Virus record (IMG/VR): IMGVR_UViG_3300024518_004509
Reading direction: 5' to 3' (one strand)
Source of the DNA: an uncultured virus (IMG/VR IMGVR_UViG_3300024518_004509)
Taxonomy: Duplodnaviria > Heunggongvirae > Uroviricota > Caudoviricetes
DNA: 64,000 nucleotides
Shown one piece after another: positions 59,617 to 64,000 of this stretch. Every line of letters starts with the position of its first letter. Positions within the stretch are counted from its first letter, which is position 1. The notes under the pieces are model-generated. The model was not told where the DNA came from. It searched no databases and worked only from the letters and a program-made list of their open reading frames with translations. Both the position numbers and the translations under genes were made by a program.

Positions 59617-59910
59617 ATGGCTACAGAAACCTTAACAATAGAAGAACAGTTCCTCTGGCATCAGGATCCTCTACAAGAATGTGCAGGACAACCTGTTATT
59701 GCTCAGCACAGCTTTGAATCATTAGCTACAGAACTTGTAGAGTATACAGAAATTACTTACACAGCAGATGAATTAGTTGCATTGTTCTTCGAGATCTCTA
59801 AAAAGTATACTGCTTGTGGAGCAAATAACAATGAGAAGTACGCTATTATAAGAAAGAACCCGGAAAAAGGGTGGACTAAAATAGTTGCACAAGTACAGGA
59901 AACACCATAA
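59617..59910 (+). CDS. Hypothetical protein
   Basis: 97 aa. Preceded by TAACTTTA (59594-601) and followed by a hairpin. Confidence 0.65.
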   Translation: MATETLTIEEQFLWHQDPLQECAGQPVIAQHSFESLATELVEYTEITYTADELVALFFEISKKYTACGANNNEKYAIIRKNPEKGWTKIVAQVQETP

Positions 59911-60026
59911 AAAAGAGCCAGCGTTGTTAGAACTGGCTCTTTATAGCGTGACGAATGCTAAGAATGTATCAAAGTATTTTATCCTTTACAAGTACAAATG
60001 TATAATAAAATATTTTCATACACAAA
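59909..60026 (-). ncRNA. Candidate small RNA 2 (promoter to terminator)
   Basis: Minus strand TTTG(60026-23)-N20-TACATTTG(60002-59995). Terminator GAGCCAG/CTGGCTC plus U6 at 59942-59909. Confidence 0.5.
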
Positions 60027-60038
60027 TAAAATTAAAAT

Positions 60039-60078
60039 ATAATAAATTTTGTTATGAAAATAATTTCTTGTATTTTTG
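60039..60078 (+). promoter_or_regulatory. Bacteroidota-type promoter with operator-like palindrome
   Basis: TTTG(60048-51)-N19-TATTTTTG(60071-78). ATAATAAA-T-TTTGTTAT at 60039-55. Confidence 0.65.
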
Positions 60079-60107
60079 TTCTAAATAATAACTTAAAATT
60101 TTAAAAC

Positions 60108-60344
60108 ATGGCGAAACAAGCGCGAAGAAAAGCCCCAGTTAAAAAAGAAACGCCGGTAAAACAAATGCCGCAAAAAGCACCAACACATTATTTAGTACCT
60201 GCTCAAACAGTCACAGCACTGGTAGGTGCTCTAAACGAACTGTTGTTAGGAAAAGAACATACTAAAAAAGTCTTTTTCGACATCATTAATGGAGGATTTC
60301 AACCTTATGATCCTCCGGCAACAGAAGATGCTGCTGAAAAGTAG
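60108..60344 (+). CDS. Hypothetical protein
   Basis: 78 aa monocistronic ORF with promoter and terminator. Confidence 0.7.
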   Translation: MAKQARRKAPVKKETPVKQMPQKAPTHYLVPAQTVTALVGALNELLLGKEHTKKVFFDIINGGFQPYDPPATEDAAEK

Positions 60345-60369
60345 TTGATTTTATTTTATTTATGTGAAT

Positions 60370-60395
60370 AAACCCTGTCAGCAATGGCAGGGTTT
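60370..60395. terminator. Terminator between convergent arms
   Basis: AAACCCTGTCA-gcaa-TGGCAGGGTTT. Confidence 0.7.
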
Positions 60396-60401
60396 CTCAT
60401 T

Positions 60402-61889
60402 TTATGTACATGGTGAATTAGTCCAACAACCCGGTCCAGTTCCTATGATATTCTTATAGACTGTACCTATTTCTCCGTTGGTATCCACATAGATATATTG
60501 AGTAATTGTATAAATTACATTGTTGGTAGAATCCCCGTTAGACCATAACAGTACACCTGTACCACCAGGATAATCATGAGAGACTGTCACATTTGTAAGT
60601 GATATGAAGTATTGTGAGCCGTCCCATTCCCATTTAGCTCTTGAAAGAATATTTATATTTATATCAAATATCTTGATCATTCCTGAATCATAAGCATCAA
60701 ATCCACTTGCTATAAGTGGGTATTCTATACTCTGGTCTGCAGATGATTGTCCTGTTAAGAATTCCATCATGGAAATTACATTAGGTGCATTCTCTGCTCC
60801 ATCCCATACAATCTTTGCTGAGCCACTCGTATAACTTGTGACAAGAGCTGTCATAGTTCCAAAGGTTTCAGGTGTAATGGTTTCAAACTCATCAGTATAA
60901 TGAGCCCAGACATACATTCCTGTAGGCGCTTGTACTGTAGCAGCATCATCCAACCACACACGAGCACCCACATTAAAGGTATCACCATCAGATATGAACA
61001 AAGGTGTAGGAACACCTCCATTACCTGCAAAGAGTCTTGTATCTTCAATCTCATTACATGTATTGACCATACATGGTACGTCATTTATCTGAGGTTGATG
61101 GTAAGCCTGACCAATTGGATATGCCGGATCTGGTGAGACTGGATTGTATTCAGCTTCAGTTATAAGTGTGCTGATAGTAGGAAGAACTCCATAATATGGT
61201 TCTTGAAGAGTCAGACTGTACACCACTTCAGCTCCTTGATCACCGGAAAGTCCATTCATATCTGAAGAGAAATACATCTTATTGTTAGGAAGTGGTATCC
61301 ATATTGAAGCACCCACTGCTCTATAATGTGAAGTAACTGTTTCTCCTGCTGCTATTTGAAGTTCCCATACTTCTATGGAACTGTCAGGATGTGTAAAGGT
61401 AATTGTATACTGGAAAGCATAAGGCATTGCCAAATTCAGTGTGACGCTATGTGCCCAAATGGTATATAATCCTGAATTGGGTCCTATTGCACCTTCATAT
61501 GTCCAGTCATTACCACTTGTAGCAAGAACCTTCTCAAGAGCATGGCCTGCTACTGTAGCTGTCGGGTATCCCCTGAATGCCATCATATCCCCGGGACGCT
61601 TGTGATGAGCATCTTCATTGAAACCGTAGAGCATTTCCCTGATCACAAAATATGTACACCTCAACAGGTCTAAGATGCCATTCTCAGCATCACTTAGACT
61701 GCCTGCAGGAAAAGTATTATGTAAAATCCATGTATGGTATACAGCTTTGTTTACAGAACCTTCCTTCCAGTCTGCTCTGGTACCGTGAAGTGCACAACCC
61801 TTGCCCGGAACCCCTGTATCATTAATAGGGACTCGTTTGCCGTCGTGCAAATCATTCCATACTTGGTTCTCAGCATTAGTATATGCCAT
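60402..61889 (-). CDS. Putative virion/tail-associated protein
   Basis: 495 aa, Thr/Gly/Tyr-rich, beta-like. Last gene of the lysis/tail operon. Confidence 0.5.
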   Translation of the reverse strand: MAYTNAENQVWNDLHDGKRVPINDTGVPGKGCALHGTRADWKEGSVNKAVYHTWILHNTFPAGSLSDAENGILDLLRCTYFVIREMLYGFNEDAHHKRPGDMMAFRGYPTATVAGHALEKVLATSGNDWTYEGAIGPNSGLYTIWAHSVTLNLAMPYAFQYTITFTHPDSSIEVWELQIAAGETVTSHYRAVGASIWIPLPNNKMYFSSDMNGLSGDQGAEVVYSLTLQEPYYGVLPTISTLITEAEYNPVSPDPAYPIGQAYHQPQINDVPCMVNTCNEIEDTRLFAGNGGVPTPLFISDGDTFNVGARVWLDDAATVQAPTGMYVWAHYTDEFETITPETFGTMTALVTSYTSGSAKIVWDGAENAPNVISMMEFLTGQSSADQSIEYPLIASGFDAYDSGMIKIFDININILSRAKWEWDGSQYFISLTNVTVSHDYPGGTGVLLWSNGDSTNNVIYTITQYIYVDTNGEIGTVYKNIIGTGPGCWTNSPCT

Positions 61890-62449
61890 TATTTCTTAGG
61901 TTTTATAAGATTTGATACTCCTGTAACTATGTTGGCAGGTCCGGTAGCTACTTGTATGATCGGTTTTAAAAACTTCCATATAGTAGGCCACAAAAAGATA
62001 AATAGAGCAAGCCACAAATACCAAGGCATTGTTGTAATCTTCTTCTTAAAGTATTCATTTTGCTGCTCTTCAAAAGTCTTTTCAATCTTTTCACTCTCAT
62101 TGACATCTGTCTTCTCAGAGGATGTCTCACCGATCTTAAATTCTTCTATGAGTTCTCGTGTCTTTTGGTCGTAGTAACGCTTGTAGGAATTGTCTCCTGA
62201 GCTCTTGGACGTATTCATAGCTGAAAGCAATGCATCAAATCTTGCATCCATCTCAGCGTTACCAGTCTGTGGTACTGGTGTGACGATCTTATCATCAATT
62301 GCCTTGTTGGTATCCTTGGTTGAAACAGAGTCTTTTACCTTTTCAGATTTATCTACTTCCTTTGTAGCAATAGAAGATTCACTAACCGTTTTAGAACCTA
62401 AACAATTAGTGAATATTACCAATATAATTATATAAAATAAATTTTTCAT
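61889..62449 (-). CDS. Lipoprotein with C-terminal TM helix (u-spanin-like)
   Basis: MKNLFYIIILVIFTN-C lipobox and C-terminal WYLWLALFIFLW. Lies in the lysis cassette. Confidence 0.6.
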   Translation of the reverse strand: MKNLFYIIILVIFTNCLGSKTVSESSIATKEVDKSEKVKDSVSTKDTNKAIDDKIVTPVPQTGNAEMDARFDALLSAMNTSKSSGDNSYKRYYDQKTRELIEEFKIGETSSEKTDVNESEKIEKTFEEQQNEYFKKKITTMPWYLWLALFIFLWPTIWKFLKPIIQVATGPANIVTGVSNLIKPKK

Positions 62450-62835
62450 TGTTCTTTGAGTTGTCTGATTTCATCTTTAATCTGATACATTTGGTCAGCA
62501 TTCAATATTACAATTGAATCTGTTCTTTTTCTCGCTTTAGCTTCTTCCAATCGTAATTCTACTTCCAGTTTATAGAGAGAATCTCTCTTGTTTCTTGATT
62601 TTATCCTATGAGTTTTTTCAACACTATCAAGAATATAAGCTCGCATGTTTTGAGCAGGAGAAGGTTGTTGATCCATGTAAGATTCAGTTTCAATCCTCTT
62701 TTCTGGTGTAGTAAATAACCTACTTTCTTTTTCTACACTAATTCCACCCTGAGTGAAAATCCACCCAATAGCCCCTATCACAGCCATCAAGACAGCATAT
62801 AATATCCAATATTTTTTTAAATTATTCATTACCAT
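62446..62835 (-). CDS. Membrane-anchored lysis-module protein
   Basis: One N-terminal TM helix plus coiled-coil, between lysin and spanin candidates. Confidence 0.55.
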   Translation of the reverse strand: MVMNNLKKYWILYAVLMAVIGAIGWIFTQGGISVEKESRLFTTPEKRIETESYMDQQPSPAQNMRAYILDSVEKTHRIKSRNKRDSLYKLEVELRLEEAKARKRTDSIVILNADQMYQIKDEIRQLKEQ

Positions 62836-63413
62836 TCTTTTAAAAGTGCATAATCAACAGTTCTTGCTCGCGCCCAAGTTGCTTTTATCAAAGCCCTGTA
62901 ATCAGTCATTCTGTTCCAGACCTGACAGGCAAAGCTCCACCCATTGATATTTTGTTTTATAGCTGTACTGAAAGGGTCATAATCCACTCCATGCATATTG
63001 GCCCATATATTCGCATAGTATAGTTTTCCCTGCTCTTCAGCCTTGGAATCCTTGTCACTATCCCTGTAATAGTAAATAGGTTTGTTGGCTCTAAGAGCCT
63101 TCATCCTTCCTTTATGGTAGCCAGGCTTAAAACAATCCAGTACAAATTGATTTGTCTTCCACACTGCAGCTCCACTCAAATTGTATTGATTGAAGTAGAA
63201 CAATACTGTCTTTCCTGCGTTGGTGGTACCGGTACTCCACATGACAAATTTAGATCCATCATACACATAGAACTTATCATCAAATATATTGAAATAATCT
63301 TCCAATGATTGAACCCCTATAACAAGGTATTTACCTCTGTTGGGAATAGTTCCTCCTACTTCTTCAACTCTTTCCAAGAGTTCTTTGTCTGTGAATTGTC
63401 TTACTGCACTCAT
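62829..63413 (-). CDS. Putative endolysin, YkuD/L,D-transpeptidase-like
   Basis: GTTNAG, YYRD.DKD and NMHG...GWSFACQV (His...Ser-x-x-Cys) motifs. Flanked by membrane proteins. Confidence 0.6.
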   Translation of the reverse strand: MSAVRQFTDKELLERVEEVGGTIPNRGKYLVIGVQSLEDYFNIFDDKFYVYDGSKFVMWSTGTTNAGKTVLFYFNQYNLSGAAVWKTNQFVLDCFKPGYHKGRMKALRANKPIYYYRDSDKDSKAEEQGKLYYANIWANMHGVDYDPFSTAIKQNINGWSFACQVWNRMTDYRALIKATWARARTVDYALLKEW

Positions 63414-63679
63414 TAATCAAGTTTATTTTCAATTCTGTCTAATTGGTCCTTTATATACTTGAATTCTTTTTCAAGTTCTATCCTAGGTACAAATACTTCT
63501 ATTTTCTTTTCGAAAGGCATATGAACTGTTTCATCTCCTGCATGTACCTGCAGTACTTCAATATCATCATCAGTCTTTTGTTTCCAAGAAGATAAGTTTA
63601 TAATAATACCTATAAGTAATATTAAATTAATTCCTGAAAACCAATTCTGTTTGATATAATTTTTCGTTGCTTGTGTCAT
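63413..63679 (-). CDS. Small membrane protein (holin-like)
   Basis: One N-terminal TM helix plus coiled-coil QLDRIENKLD. Confidence 0.5.
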   Translation of the reverse strand: MTQATKNYIKQNWFSGINLILLIGIIINLSSWKQKTDDDIEVLQVHAGDETVHMPFEKKIEVFVPRIELEKEFKYIKDQLDRIENKLD

Positions 63680-63691
63680 ATCCCTTATATT

Positions 63692-64000
63692 TTAATGTTT
63701 GTTTTTATGTGAATGATGTGGATTATCTTCAGAATAAAATTCTGACTCTGAACCTGAACCCCCAAATTTATTATTAGCTTTACCCATCCAGTCCTTGCCT
63801 AATTTGGCCATCGCCTGAACATGATTGAGCCAGTATATTCCAAGTATATAAAGCAACGCTATAAAACCCCACATGTCACCACTGATCTTACCCCCATCAA
63901 CAAGCCAGGTTGCAATGATAAGAACCTGCAATTTCCTGCTCATGGTTTTACCTAACAGCAAATCAATAATAGGTTTTGTTACTTTTTTCTCTGTAACATC
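63692..64000 (-). CDS. Holin-like membrane protein, probably truncated at the window edge
   Basis: SRKL...two hydrophobic segments. The frame stays open upstream of 63961 to the window end. Confidence 0.5.
   Translation of the reverse strand, partial: DVTEKKVTKPIIDLLLGKTMSRKLQVLIIATWLVDGGKISGDMWGFIALLYILGIYWLNHVQAMAKLGKDWMGKANNKFGGSGSESEFYSEDNPHHSHKNKH

Noticed and set aside
26330..60110. Recurrent TTAAAA-N-TTAAAA-N-ATG upstream of early genes as a novel repeat
   Set aside because: Consistent with ordinary A-rich, SD-less Bacteroidota translation-initiation regions.
1..64000. Stop-codon reassignment or suppressor tRNAs, as in some crAss-like phages
   Set aside because: Long genes are intact in code 11, TAG and TGA act as real stops, and no tRNA cloverleaf or T-loop motif was recognised.

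Overview
The window is about 64 kb of a crAss-like (Crassvirales-type) podophage genome. The host is probably in Bacteroidota: promoters match TTTG-N19-21-TAnnTTTG and translation starts are A-rich with no Shine-Dalgarno. The standard genetic code applies. Minus-strand arm 1-26195 carries cargo/ejection proteins, muzzle and ring proteins, auxiliary and major capsid, scaffold, portal, TerL/TerS and small DNA-binding proteins. Plus-strand arm 26351-60344 carries early accessory genes, then PolA, SF2 and DnaB-like helicases, an AAA recombinase, primase, rIIA/rIIB, 5'-3' exonuclease, ATP ligase, C5 methyltransferase and a PAPS-reductase-family gene. Minus-strand 60402-64000 carries a virion protein and a lysis cassette. 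Four things are not explained by the gene list. (1) A 2.4 kb array of about 13 tiny unrelated ORFs joined by a frame-independent ACTGTAATTATG junction, with two 28-bp 11-6-11 palindromes. (2) A pseudoknotted type I hammerhead ribozyme. (3) Back-to-back stem-closed RNA domains filling about 1.8 kb of ORF-free early region. (4) Two promoter-to-terminator antisense small RNAs and a palindromic operator overlapping -33 boxes. All calls come from reading motifs and gene order by eye. No database search or folding program was run.
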